Positions 37,299-51,600 of a stretch of 64,000 nucleotides of DNA are shown here, piece after piece (positions within the stretch are counted from its first letter, which is position 1; the number at the start of each line of letters is the position of its first letter). The stretch covers positions 15,872,001 through 15,936,000 of the forward strand of contig OZ249439.1 in assembly GCA_965235115.1 (NCBI GenBank), given 5' to 3'. A program made the position numbers and the translations under genes. The notes below the pieces were generated by a model. It was not told the DNA's origin. It did not search any database and worked only from the letters and a program-made list of their open reading frames with translations. Origin of the DNA: Laetmonice hystrix. Its lineage: Eukaryota.

Positions 37299-39189
37299 CT
37301 AAGTGTGCTGAGTGCAGGCTGTGAATACTACAAGCTGGAAGTACGGCTAACTGTAGTAACCTCGGTCTACAAAAGGCTAAATTGTTAAATGAGCGGGGGT
37401 TTTTTGCTGGGAATACACTGAGAACAAATCCCTGAAATGAAAATTGTATAGAGTTTGCCAGGAAATCAGAGCACATGTGACATGCATATTTGTGCGATAA
37501 AGCCAAGTTTATTTCATGGTGTAATAGTGGGTTGATATTGACAATTCTCGTATTTCCGGCAGGAGCACAGGCACAGCTTAATTCTAGCTGGGGTCTGCGG
37601 ATCTCTGGTACACTTTGGCTCATTAATCGGGGAGAATAGACCGTGCCACCGACAGCGGCCTGTGCATGAAGGGATCCTAATTGGATCTTACTGCCTTGAT
37701 CAAAGACACCAGCGTCCAGACATGATAGATCCCCAATACTGGGATCATCTTGCTGCTGGAATTGCCCAGTAATCCATTACGGAGACTGCAGCTATTGGCG
37801 TCAGTTTGATCTCAGGGATGAGTAGGTGGGAATATTAACACCGGGTGCCCCATCTTAAACTGTGTAGTTATTTAATTATAGTATATAGAAAATACGGTTG
37901 ATAACACTAGGATCCCAGCATGTGATTAAGTAGATTCATGGAGGAGGATTTTCAAGTCATCTATTATTGAAATGGAGACGGGGACGAAGGAGAAAAAGTG
38001 AGAATGAACCTTCGGGCGTTACTAAAAATAAGGTATGGATACCAAGTTTGATTTAGCGCAATATCGACAGATACGTGTAAAAACCGTCCATGGGGTCAAT
38101 TTCCGTACTACTTCAAGTTATATTTGCTGCATACACATGTAATATATGTACGTCCACCAAGAACAAATGCCGTGAATCTTACATGTTATTGTTATCTTTA
38201 TCTACGAAAAGCAGATTTTATTCTCAGTCTGATACGCTTAGATTTGCCAAAGGAGGCATCCACTAACCCCAGTAGAGAACACATAAAGCAGTTTAGCGTC
38301 ATTAAGTCACAGTTTCCCTCCTACTTCATCAGTGCTGCTGTACCCAGACTGGGTGTCATAGCCTTGAGGAGGCGTTAATCTCTGTCACATGGTCAGGTGA
38401 GACCATTCATTACAGGAGGAGGAGGAGCTTGGGAGCTGGTGCGTACAGTAAGAGTGGTGATCAGAGTGGACTAGACAGAATCCATTTGGAGAACATAGTT
38501 TGAACAATCGTAAAGAGACATGAAGAGAAAGGTGGCCATACTCGCATAATTCTATAGGAGATGCCATTGTGTCTTCACCGGCTTCAAGTAAATGCACTGT
38601 CAGTATTGCCACTAGTAACGGAAGCTTGATCCATCAAGAGCACAAAAGTACGGCAGCGGCGGCTGTAAATACTGACTTTGTATTGTTGTCAGTCATCTTC
38701 TGCTCCCTCCACATAAAACGTGCTCAGCCCACGTCATCTTCACTTATTATATCGGCGACAATCGAAGGAGCGCGCAAGCAGAAAGATACTAACGAGCTGG
38801 GGGTAGGAGCTAACAGTAAAGTTTCCCTCTGCGTGGGCTGTTTCTATATCAGTCAGATCCGGCCATGTCAAGGGCAATTGAAGCCTGATGAGCTCTTCAG
38901 ATATGCATGGTAATGCATGGTTAGACTTGTGAAGTGACAGCTATTTTCGACTCTGTTATATTCACAATGATTGTCAGCTAATAGCTAGAGAACATTGCAG
39001 TATGAGAGGAATGAGATTTTTCTCATTATCACCATTTAAAGGAGAACCTCAGGGAGGGTGAGGCTTCCAATTGTCTTCGATGACTGGTGTGCATTAAATT
39101 AGAGACACTACAAATATATGTAAATCTCGGGGGCATTTTACACTTATTTCAGCACAAGCTCCGATCTAGGCGCTAGAAAATACAGTGGT

Positions 39190-39770
39190 TGTGGTTATTT
39201 AAAACTTTTACAGGGTCGTACAGCAAGGATGAGTCGCCAATATATTGTCACATGTTATTGAGGTTATTTAAAACTTTGACAGAGTCTTACAGCAAGGATG
39301 AGTTGCCACTATATTAGTGTCACATGTTATTGAGGTTATTTCAAACTTTGACACAGTCATACAGCAAGGATGAGTTGCCACTATATTAGTGTCACATGTT
39401 ATTGAGGTTATTTCAAACTTTGACACAGTCATACAGCAAGAATGAGTTGTCACTATATTAGTGTCACATGTTATTGAGGTTATTTAAAACTTTGACAGAG
39501 TCATACAGCAAGAATGAGTTGTCACTATATTAGTGTCACATGTTATTGAGGTTATTTAAAACTTTGACAGAGTCATACAGCAAGAATGAGTTGTCACTAT
39601 ATTAGTGTCACATGTTATTGAGGTTATTTAAAACTTTGACAGAGTCATACAGCAAGAATGAGTTGTCACTATATTAGTGTCACATGTTATTGAGGTTATT
39701 TAAAACTTTGACAGAGTCATACAGCAAGAATGAGTTGTCACTATATTAGTGTCACATGTTATTGAGGTTA
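39190..39770. repeat. Minisatellite, 72-bp unit, about 8 copies
   Basis: tgtcacatgttattgaggttattt repeats every 72 bp from 39246 to 39750. Confidence 0.95.
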
Positions 39771-40599
39771 CCGGTACTTTATAAGTTACCACATTCTATG
39801 TTACATGTTGTTTTTTTGTGTGCTGTGTGTTGTCATCGAAGTTTTACATTTATACATCTATGCTTTGATAAAAGAAGTTGCGGTTTCTGCATGGGAATCT
39901 TGTATGCAGACCTCATGGTATTCTGGTACTTTGATGGAAACTGTCATGTGACAGAATATTAGCAGTGGAACCATGACAACAAGGCAGGACCATTAGTGAT
40001 GAAGCGAAGGGCGTCGTGTGACTCGTGCACGACATCATGTAGACTGCATAAGGTTACATGAAAGTTCCATCAAAACCTCAGCGGCACTTACGGTCGCCTG
40101 CCACTTGGTCTTGGCGATGCAGGTACTTCAAGTACCCCTGGTAAGTATATTTGTGACTAGGTGACATGATAACTGTTACTACGCCATGCAGTCGGCATCT
40201 GTGTGGTTTGAAAATATCAATTGTAGGAAACCGAATTAATTCTCTTATAATGTCGCAACATTATAGGCTTGTGTCACACTGCCACAGGTTCTAATCCTTC
40301 CGCTGTCAAATGAGCTCCTTTTTACCAAGATTGCGGAGTACGAAGAATTGCTCCAGAAGAAAAGTAGTTTAACCAGAATCCGCACCCCAGTTTTTCTACT
40401 GTTGCCGGTCTGTAATTGCCGATCTATAGCAATGAATCAGCTCAGCAGGGAGCAGAAATTATTCCGATTTATCGCATGTTACATGCTTGTCTATTTCTGC
40501 CCCACCAACCCCCCCCCCCCCCCCCCCCCGCCGACAAGCTGATTAACGTTCTTGGCCTCCTTAAGTTTTAAGAGCACAAAGAGGAATGGTTGCCCGGTC

Positions 40600-41130
40600 A
40601 GCGGCCACCCTACTTCTGTACGACTGGCCATGGTTGACTGGTGATGGGTTGAGCAGGTCAGTGAAACTGTAACCACAGGTATGTGAACATGTGGCGAGGT
40701 GGACGTGGACAGGACTGTTACCAGGGAGGACAACATCAATGTCCACATCCAGCAATCTCTCCCTTAAACTGACCCATAATGTCCCATCATGGGAACTCCA
40801 GGTAGGTACGAGCAGTCGCTCATGTTTATCGCTGGCCCTCCGTCCTAGCTCACTGTAACGTTTGATACCCGGGTATTTGTGTCCGCAGGTCATACCCTCG
40901 GCCAGTCCAAGGTTTAATACCCATTACAGAGTTCATTCTGCCTCCATTTGGAGCCGTTCTGCCAACACAGAGCCTATATTGAATCGTACAGTGTGGCACA
41001 AACAAACTTCTGGGGGATTTCTGTGAAAAAAGGACACTCTGAGCAGCAAATGGTGAGGGTCAGGATTCAGGTCGCCATTGGACCGGAGACAGATAAATGA
41101 TACACATGCCATTACTGAAATAGAAACCGT
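40600..41130 (-). mobile_element. Decayed CR1/L2-type ORF2 N-terminus (APE) with a relic 2A-like motif
   Basis: In order: CLRSNGDLNPDP, FNIGSVL (like NIRSL), GLAEG (like GLSET), QIPGY, LWVSL..VVLPGNS (like LWV..VYRPPNS). Confidence 0.55.
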
Positions 41131-41464
41131 GTCAAGCCGGTCTATTTTCGGTGTTGACATTTTGTGTTTATCAAACTCAGCCAACCATGGCAAATGTAGC
41201 CGGTAAATGACCATCGTCTGGTGACAATGTACATGAATACGTGTGTCAGGGGATCACGTGGAGTCCGGGGGTCTGTTGTATTCAGCACTCATGTATTCAG
41301 AGATCAGGAGCAGAGGGCAGCAACATAAAGAGCTCCATTAGATAAATAACTTATTTTTAAATTTGTTTTGCTCAGATGTAAAGTAGCGTATAAAACAGTT
41401 CTATAACTTATATTTATATGAAAAGTGAGCCATAGCCAGGAACTTTCGGCATAAACTTCTTCAC

Positions 41465-41595
41465 GCGTGGCGGAACCAACGGGGGGATTGGGGGCACGTG
41501 TCACCCGGCAAAATTGAGAAAACCCTCCGTATTTCCCAGGATATTAGGCTTTCGGCGCCCCCCCTCCCGTCAACGACCCTCTGGTTCCGCCCCTG
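41465..41595. mobile_element. MITE related to the CAGGGGCGGA family; degenerate left TIR; 5-bp TSD TTCAC
   Basis: The right end GGTTCCGCCCCTG pairs with left gcgtggcggaacc. TTCAC at 41460-41464 and 41596-41600. Confidence 0.6.
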
Positions 41596-44500
41596 TTCAC
41601 GTCTTAGTTTGTCATCTTCTTCTCTTGAAAATCGTTACCTTGGGTACTAGATGTACCAGATTAAATCAACAAGTATCATTTGCAGCTGAACATTTCATTA
41701 TAAAGGTTGCCGGTAAGAGATTCAGTAGGGCCAGTTCGTGGTACGATACGTTAAGATGCTGTGGTCAGGTTGAAACATCTAGGCGTGTAGAAGCTGGTTG
41801 TTCCCAACCATAACTGGAGGGCACTGAGTGTGCACATAGAAACCATTCAGATTCTGCACACATAACGGTACACATTACGACTGCATACCAAAACAGTTGG
41901 TAATCAGGGCGCCATTTGGAGCGATGTTTTGTGTCAATCATCTTCCTTCCAATCTGTGGCTGAAAGCACGCCGCTCGTGTGGCTGATGGTGAATGGAACG
42001 AACACACTGTAAATGTTTCCTAGTCAGTAAAACGTCATTTCCACAGACAAATGTTGGTGTTATTAATTCTTTCCAGCAAGTGAAGAAAAAGAGAAATACT
42101 GCATATTGAATGTTTAGATGGCCAGACAAACTCCATCGACTCGAGCATGTTTGTTGTGTTAGAGTTAGAATCAATCAAGGGAAACTACGAAGAGCGGGCG
42201 CCTGCTGCCTCACTGAATAACACAGAAAGACTCCATAGAATCACAAACTTGTCTCTTTCTTTGTATAAATCGCTGTTGCCACAGAGACGAAGGGCATTCT
42301 GTGTGGAGCGTGAATCGTGCGATGGTTTTATAAAGATACGATAGTTTCACCAGTACAGCCTTTTGTGTCTTCAGTGGCATGAACCAGCGTGATAGGAAAT
42401 TCATGGTGCTACATTGAATGGGTCATTAAATAACACCAGTAACAATTCACTTCTCGAGTGATATTATTACGTAAATGAAAGTCCCTGATCATAGTGCCAG
42501 ATATGAACTTGCATTACCTAACGGAGAACTCTACGTTAAAGTAATGCCTCATAAAACCATTTCTCATGGAAACGTTTTCTCTTCAGATGTGACCATTTAG
42601 TGATTTATCACGTGATGTGATCAACCTTATTGTTAACAAGTAAAACTTTAAATGGATCCCAAGTTAGATACGGTCCGAGAATACCCAATGAAATGTAGAT
42701 AGGCCTAAGTGGCAATAGGCATATAACCTGTCCCATTGAAGGTGCCACGTATTACCTAATATTACCACACAGGTACCAAGTCAGTATAGGTTGGTGGTTT
42801 GTACGAGTCTTTGTACATCTAACCAGACAGCTTGCTGGTCGTCTGCGCATCCACGTATGCCTTAGCGCTGGATTCTATGCTTGTGGTTTTATCCTTGTTG
42901 GTTTCAAGTGTAAATTTATCTTATTTTTTAAAGAAAGGTACATGAGTAGTTTAATCATTTGTAAGGACATACACAGGGCATTTCTCTTAATATCTGTACA
43001 GTTCTACTTTATGATGTAAAAGTAGTTCTTGATGTAATTAACCTTATTGTTTGATAGGCATTTCTCTTACGATATTTTCTTGGAGGTGTTCCAATCCATT
43101 CTCATTCATGACGCCTCTTCACACACACACACGGTCATTGAGTTACGTGTTATTTGGAAGTCCATAAAAGATGGAATTTCTTTCTCCCACAAAAGTCAGT
43201 ACGACCAAGGGATGGTTTATTACACTTGCGAGAGTTGAACATTATTTTATACTGATTTATTTGCCATAAATCTCTCTGTTAATGGACTTATTTACGAACA
43301 CCCAGCACAAAATGCAGCAGCCAGTAGAGAAGAGTCGACGGTTGTCTTCTGTTAATAGTGTCACACATTGAGAGTGTGACGAGTGGACGGAATGACACCT
43401 CATGACACTCAGTGTCGGAGGTGTAAGGACATGTAATGCTTCACCTGGCATGTGCCCGGTGTATTTTTATCCCCGACAATTTGTCTCTCTCCCCGGCTTC
43501 ATGTGACACCTGTCGAAGCGTAAATTTTTAGCGTGTCATTCAGACCGAGCAGAGAATGCCCTTGGTGTGGCTGCCGTTAGATTTTTAGCCGTGATGGGAA
43601 GAGACTTGTACAAAAGGCGCCTGACACCTCAGGGACAGTGATGTCCCTGCACCAGTTGTATTGGGACACCTGCCATTAACGGTCACAGTAAAGGCAAGGA
43701 CACCTCCACATCTACACGGTCACAGTAAAGGTTGCCTAACGACAATTCCAGCTGAACTGATGTGACGTCTGAAGGTCGGATAATTCCATACCTCTCTCTG
43801 TGGGAAACCTGTCGAGGGACTGACGGCAGTGATTATGTCTAGCGTGTTTGTGTGGATGGGTCACATGTTGACATCAAGTGGGGGCATATTAATTATAAGT
43901 GTTTCACGGCCCGTCTTCACTTCTAGAGTTATCGTCATTGGACCGACTGTTGGAACGTCGTCAATTCTATAACTTAAATCATTCGTGTTATGCCAAAATG
44001 TTCTTGCCATGAGGACTGCATTTATGAAAATAAGGGATCACTTTACTGAGATTAGATTTTACCACACCTCAGCCACAACAACCACTCCATCAGCAGCGTT
44101 ATTACAAAACGGAACAATCATTTTTATAAGCCAAGAAGTGAAACTACAGTGTTTAGATGAACAGACAATTTCTTCTTCGCTTATGATTTCATCAGGCAAG
44201 ATTCACCATTTAAGGTGCAACAACAATGCAGTATGTACTGGATTTAAGGTTTTATTTTTTGACCGAAATTATATTAAAGTTGTAAGATTAGCTTAGGTAT
44301 TTACTGTTCCATGAAAAAGTGATACATTGATATAGCCATCTAACTGATAGGAGTGCCCTACTGAAGAGCTCACTCATCATGAGTACGTGTAAGCTTAGAT
44401 TGGTGGACAAAGTGTGGACCGACTCAACATCAGTCATCTACAACCTGAACGCGAACGGCGGCAGCAGATCAGTGAGGTCATCCATTTAAGGATATTTTGA

Positions 44501-46059
44501 TGAGGACGTCATATCTTGTTTTCCTCCCTATCCTTACCTTTACCGCCATGGGGTCAGACTAACAAAAGGTCCCGTGCCCAGTGGCGCAAGGTTATACGTT
44601 TTAGGTGAATTAGATGTCGGAGTCGGAAGTTCAATATGTCGGATATTTCAAGCAAAATGTACTGTAATCAGTTTGTTGGATTGTCCAGTGTCGGATTATC
44701 CAGGTTTGACTGTACATGTATATTAAAATGTACTATTCTGGGACGCAGTAAACAATGAACGGACTGCACCACAGACATATCATGTTTTTGCCAAGGAGAT
44801 GTATCGTTAGTTTGTGACAAAGCGTAAAAGTACTCATATTCACTCACCTGCCCCTATACATCAGTTTGAAAATGTAATTTGAAAGCAATATTGTTGAGAG
44901 CCTTTTCTGTGAAATCAGCTCACGCCAACCTTCAAGCTTTCTCCTCATATTACTAATGCTAGTAGGAAATATTTTTCATTCATGCAAATCTGATGTATAT
45001 CTGATACTTGCTACAATATATTTACGGATAGAGGCAGGAAGAATTTAATTTCCCGTAGATCAAATGGCTTGGGAATGTGAGGTCCCATCAGTTTAAACAA
45101 GAATTTACTGTGATTTGGATAGACAGGTAATGTATGGATATTTAAGGAGACCTGCCGAGTGCAGCATTCTGAGTACGTTTTGTGGGGCCCTTGAGCTGAT
45201 GTGGAGGCTGAAGGGCAAGGACACGATATATAAAAGGTTTCGTGGCCAGAATCAATATGTGTGGGTGTTTGGGCCCGTATTGTGGGGAGAGGATGGTGAC
45301 TGATGTCAGGTGTTCAGATACGTTACATTCTCAGCTATACGACACTCCAGCTCACCGCACTAGCCACAGGGAATGCCATACGACAGGTACCCGCTACATT
45401 AGATGGCTTCTCCACTGAATCTACTGATTTGGAAATACTGTACAACAGTTGAACTGAACAATATAATTTAGTATAAATTAGCAAAAGAGATACTATATAA
45501 TGATGTGATTTGCCACAGTCATGTTAAACAGCGTCATTTTTACGACAGTCATTCAGAAGAGTTTTTGTTACAAAAATGGCAGCAGGGTAATCTAGTGAGA
45601 GTGGCTATGATGAATGGAATTCGTATTTAAGAGAGTACTCGTACTGTGAAGAGTGATTCTATGAATACGTATGATTGTACTTGTTTGGATCAGTCTGATC
45701 AGGAAGAGTGTGATTATCCATAAAGTGAGCAGATACCACCGTAAACTACTGTATCACACTAGCGTCAGCTGCCCAACTGATAACGTACAAACACTTACAA
45801 ATTCATGGTTAATACAAAAGGACGATAAAAATCAGTCGTTCCATCATCCGGTGTTTGTCATTTGCTACATAAATACAACGGTAAAACATCCGATATTATT
45901 CAGGTCATTTATGGTAATACGAGTCTGGATAAGGAGGGCGAACCATCAAGTCAAGCGGAATGAGATGATTTTTATTTTCTATGAAGATGCTATGTTAAGT
46001 TCCATTTTTATGAGGGCGTTGACAACTGAAGTAAATCTGTGTTTTTATCTGCCTGGCAG

Positions 46060-46176
46060 CCACCACACACACTCTACGCAATGGGCCCCGCCTGTCGACA
46101 GCTGGGACTCGGGGAATGGTCTGCCGTATGGCTGGGAAAGTGCTGTCGACCACGAAGGAAAGCCCTACTACATCAA
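46060..46176 (+). CDS. FRMPD4: FRMPD4-like exon encoding the N-terminal half of the WW domain (HHTHSTQWAPPVDSWDSGNGLPYGWESAVDHEGKPYYI-N); 117 nt, phase 2 to 2
   Basis: Acceptor ...gcctggcag| and donor |gtaagt at 46177. LPYGWE...DHEGKPYYIN is a WW signature and resembles human FRMPD4 PPYGWEMTANRDGRDYFIN (recalled). Splices in frame to the 55859 exon (AA+T = Asn). Confidence 0.9.
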
Positions 46177-49100
46177 GTAAGTCCCGCCATGTCTGCAATA
46201 GTCATAAGTCAATGGTGAGGAGAACTCCTTCACATCTGGTGCTTGTCAAACGCTTTCTCTACCTGATATCTGGTGACAACGTGAACATTGGACCAAGGTG
46301 AATAAAGTAATGAGATATTGGAACAAAATTAGATTATAATGCTTTAGGACCGAAATGGGAATGAAAGGAACATTGGAGATTTAACTACGAGCAACATGCA
46401 ATAACGTTTAGGTACTGACAATTATAGCTAATTAGGTACGTTTAGGTACTGACAATTATAGCTAATATCTAATTGCCTCATTGTACCGCTTTCAGTTATG
46501 AAGTATGCTCCCATATTGTATAGGATAAACTTGAGCTGAAGGAAGAAGTACATTAATGAGCGCTGGATGGTGATGTTTTAAACTTTTTGTCATTATTACT
46601 TTTTCCCCAGTGTCTGGAATGTCTAGTCGGAGTTAATTTACTTTAAACTAGATACAAGCCTGAAGCGATGCTAGACAATCCTACGCCATGTTTTCCGATA
46701 TGTTTTTTTTAACGAACAGGACAAGTTCCAAAGACTGCCTTCGTGTCCTGAAGATAACTTTTATTGGCGGACATGGCGATAAACCAGCGCCTACTCAATC
46801 GTTCGCTCATTAAATTCATTATCTAGAAAGCTGTGTCTTCCAGGGATTGGCTGGTCCTTTATAGCTGTAGAACAGACGTAAATTTGTATTTCTATAATGT
46901 TATGTTGAAGTCGGTCACCCACTCTCCCCAAATGTAGAGTAAAAATGCCTATTGTAAGGGCGGGGTGTACAGGAGGGTGGGAAGGCAGTTTTGGACAGCT
47001 GGTTTCATGTCTTCAAGCAGCGCCGGCCGTTGCGATGAGAGATGTCATTGCCGGTAGGTAGCTCCCATGGGCGCGTCATTGTGCGAGTTACGCATGGGGT
47101 TGTCGGTTTGAAAATGTAAGAACGCCACAATATGCATCATAATTGGAAAAATAGAAACCTCATCCGCATCATAACTATTCATTTCACTCACTTATATCTC
47201 ATTCATGTTTATGCTTTTATTTTTTGCATATTATAGGGACAATTAATTTAGGGAGAAATGTAGTTATTCACAAATAAGGACGATTTAGTATGAACATTAA
47301 ACGCGCAGCAATGCGAAGGAAAGGCTCCCCCAGTCAGGGACTCGTACACCGTTAGATGAGTAAACCGAAATTTCATTAGATGGGAATAGAGATTACCGAC
47401 TGTAAGGTAGACTGAGAGACTAATCGGGTACAGCCTAGATAGAACGCGTGAGATAAGTGCCTACCTCATGTAGTGTCTCTCTGAGTGCTACCACTTTGAC
47501 AATAGAACACTCTCCAGAGATAAGGGCAGAAATCGTGTAATTAAGAAACCACTTCGTATGAAGTCTTCTAGAATTTCTAAAGTCCAACTCCAGTCGCACT
47601 CTTTCCCAGTCAGAAAGGACACTTGTGAAGCACCACAGGCACACAGTTTGAAAGGGATTAAGCATATTTATCAAATTACAACCGACAAGCTTGCAATCCT
47701 CTCCTTTATTGTTCCTATACGGAAACTTCTTGATCTTATTATGTAGCACGCAGTATTCTAAAGGTTGAGATTTAGAAGGGGACAAACGTGATCAGCATGC
47801 AGTAGCATTCAAGTCTCATGGTATACTGGAGTCTAGGAATGGGATGTATCATAGAATGCAGTGAAAACTTCAAAATAAGTAGTATAGGAAAATGATATTT
47901 TGATGCAGTGTCAGCAAACTTGCATTATATGAGTTTGCTGAGGATTAACCATTGCAACCCCGTTATTTGAATGGAAAAACTGCTAAAGGTAGTGAAGTGA
48001 AGGGTTACTGTTGGTAGAATGAACGCTAGTTACCTATCGCCCTCCACATCTACATTATCTGGTCGGCCCGCGGCCCGCCTCTCTGACAACTCTTGATTGG
48101 AAGTCAAGGGTTGCTGTCAAACAACCATCCATCACACAGACGGTTGGGGTTATTAAATGTGTCCGACTGGTCAGCCAGGCCTGGACCCTCAACATCAGTC
48201 AAGGTTTCCATGGGCAGACTTCATCTCACAGGATGTATACCACCGTCTACCTCCTGAATCATCCCAGTCTGACCACCCATCAGTCTCACTGTCTCACTGC
48301 CTAACTGAGGGCTGCAAGGTTAATCAGTGCTCCCGACCTATGTCTTATTCTAAACCTATTCTAAATAAGATATCTATAGACTGGTGAATTTGGCCTGCGT
48401 CTAACTAGGCAACTAGGAGAGAATATTCAGTTTTTAAAAACATTCCGCTCTGCCTACACTTCTTCTCACGAGTTATCGACATCCTTTAACGTACAAAATG
48501 TCAAAAAGGATGTGCCTTTGATGTAGGATGTCAGCCGAGATTACAGGTGAGGTCAGATGACAGATTCCTTCGTTAACCGCCGCCAGGGTTTACGAAGGAG
48601 GGTCACTTTATTACCTTGTGGCCACTGCTTCAGTGCCGCTGTAGAAGCAGGTCGGTAAACGTCTTATAGATCGTGTGATAATATAACACAGAGACAGAAA
48701 ATGGAATCTCACAACAAGGTGGCGCCCCTAATGACGACTGACCTTTAGCGGACCCTGCGCTCCGGCCAGCAGAATACAAACCATCGTCAGTTTGTAAGAT
48801 GCATGGCATTCCTTGCACAATAACTGTCAAAAGTCTTCAGGTTTAGAATTGAAATTTCTACTTCTGTTGACAGTTAGCCTAAGTCAGTTGATAATCGTTT
48901 TATTTCAAAAGTCAGAGTTCGTCATTTCAGATCACTATATCAAGATTATGATAATGTAAGCACTTTTGAGATATTCTAGGATGTTAATTGTGGAATGTGG
49001 TTTATTTATGTCTCATCCTGATGAAACTAATAAAGATCCTGTGGTGGGACCGCTTGAGGTGACCTTGTGCTACCGATTAGCTTTGATGTATTGGCCACGC

Positions 49101-51199
49101 GTTTGACAGTGAAAATGGCATTTGTCAAAATTTCTAACAATCATAAGCGTTAAGCCGAAATGCCACGAGACGGACTTTTTGCATGCATATAAACACTTAA
49201 GATGTTGGTTGAGTCCCGACCCAGGTACTGCAAAACCATTAAGAAATTACTGTGCGCTCTAAATGGCGGCGGCGGTTATGGAACGAATTTAGGAATTGTG
49301 TTAACTACCAGGAAAATTTCTATAATAAGTAACCTTTATTTATTTTCTGTATTGTAATTCGACAGTTGCCAGGCTCCATCTGACCTTTGCAACCGCACAT
49401 GGCAGTGCACGAGGACTTCGGGGCATGACTTTCGACAACCAATCTGACTGAATTTTACATTTGGCTTAACGACCCCGTCTAGAAATTGAGGTCAAGCAGA
49501 GGTCAAAGAGAGAGAGTTTTAGGTGATGATTTGCCTTAAAGTGCCTTCACCAAGGGTAGATGTGGCGGTCGTGTATTTACGGCTCCCAGGATAATGTGTG
49601 TCCTCCTGCCATGTAACATACCTTAAATATCAGTACTGACACCGCTATGAAAGACGGATTGTGATTGGTTAGTTAACTCGAGCGATTCGTCTCAAATTAA
49701 GGAGGCAAATGGATGTATGAAGTCATGCAGTCTATATGAAAGTATTCAGAACTTTTATTTGAAAATCAATTAACTGACGCAGTTTAAAAGAACGCAATAC
49801 ATGCAGTGAAAAAGCAATGAATAGCTGAGCTAAGGTGAATGCGGGGGCTTATCAGTGAGGCAGGAAGGAAGTGAAGGGAAGAAATATTGTTCGGTTTGAT
49901 TGGTAGAATTAGGTGGTAACACGAAAACATGTGTATAAATGTATGAAGAAGAACAAACAATTAATATCTACTTATCACGCTACACTGACATCCATCTATC
50001 AAATCCGTTTATGCATGCATCTGGAACAATGGTGCAAATCGATACCATACAAAAGTCATCGTACAAGAGTGATGGTGCTCATTTATAACCGCCCCTAGTA
50101 ATCGCCCATTCTAGTCTATGTGGTTTTTAAGCGAAGCAATAATGATCTATATCAAGATTTATGGTCAGCCACAGTCTACGGAAGGCACGGTTGGTTCTGC
50201 TGCATAATTTAGCTATCTGTCATACAAGTCTGCTGATCTAGTGTAATCATACGTATAAACCAAAAATGTGTTAGTATAAGGCACTGGAATGAAAACATGC
50301 GTATTTTGGTATGCCGGTTGATGCAAGATGCAAGATGCGACCATTTATCATCAATGGCAGTATGCTGAGGAATAGTTTGTATGTATGGACGTGAGATGTG
50401 TGTCATTGGGCCTACATAAATGCCCCAGTTGTCACTGTCAGACCAGAATCGAAGCCGTTTGGCCAGGTTTTTGATATTTTGCTAGCTTGCACACTCGACA
50501 GTTTGAAATCTTGAGTCTGGGCACACCCAGCCACTAAGATCTACCATCCCCTGCACCCAGCCCCACCCATCAGATGTCCTTCTCACACTTAACTACACAA
50601 ACGAGTCTCACCTTTAGTGAGAACCCTTGAAGAGCACCAAAGCAGTGCCAGTACCCACTAGGGATATAAGAGCTATTATACCAGTGTCTCTCTCCTCCTC
50701 GTCGTTGACAGGTTCTTGCGGTTATATTTACATGCTTTCAAAAGCGTCGCTCCGACCTTCCCATTTGGTGGCGACGGTCGCTGGGACCTGAATGACTGAT
50801 GGTGCTGTGTCGGTGACGTCGGCCTGGTCCCTGCTGTGTGCAAGCACTTGGTGGCTAGGAGTCAGTGCCGACCTGGGGAGAGGGTCAGCGGTCATTAAGC
50901 CGCTCTGAGTATGTGGACACCGCTTCATAAAGAACCTGCTGCCATGGTGATGGCGCTGCCCAATGAGATAGGCTGCCTTCAGATGTTTGCTCGGAACCTC
51001 TGAATGAAGATATGATTGTGAGAGTGTCCAGGAAGTGCCGGGAACGATGGGCAGGGATTTGTTCATCTCTTAACCATAATTCCAGCCATAATAGGTGTAG
51101 CCACAAGACGGGTGAGCACTGCACACACGTTTTATCAATCTACGAGTGTATGGCATCTCTTAGGGCTTTATCTGTGAAGGCCTTGGCATATGATCCCCC

Positions 51200-51600
51200 C
51201 TGATGATCGTTATGTGGTAAAGATTGGTTGTAAGCGTTGAATAACGCATAGGGTGTACGTTTTATTGAATAGTTATAGGATATATTTTAAAGGCAGTTAT
51301 TATGGCGAAGATAGCCAACTTTTTGAAAAATCGTTTGAAAAGCGCGATAGTTTGACCTGATTTGTTGATGGATTAAAGCATACTATTCTAACAGACCATG
51401 GATTATCCTATAATTAGTATAGATTCCTCATTTTATTCCTTATAGAAGGAGGATCTCTTTAAGTCCTCAATAATTACCTCAATACCTCATTGCTCAGGTT
51501 ACGCTTCAAGTCCTCCTGCAGTAGTTGAATCACTCTTTGGCGATGAGTAACGGGTGTTTAAAAATACCGTCCTTTTGATTGAGAGAATATGGTTTTGAAT
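51200..51600 (-). mobile_element. Decayed 3' end of a CR1/L2-type LINE ORF2
   Basis: Minus-frame YRIIHGL...YNQSLP resembles the conserved YKIIHGL...WNSLP C-terminus. Confidence 0.4.

Noticed and set aside
36682-37623. 313-aa minus-strand ORF
   Set aside because: Its length is driven by the 63-bp (in-frame) repeat, and the flanks show no recognisable homology.
43281-43370. MDLF...RLSS as a homolog of the human FRMPD4 N-terminus
   Set aside because: There is no phase-2 GT donor, and the similarity is too slight.
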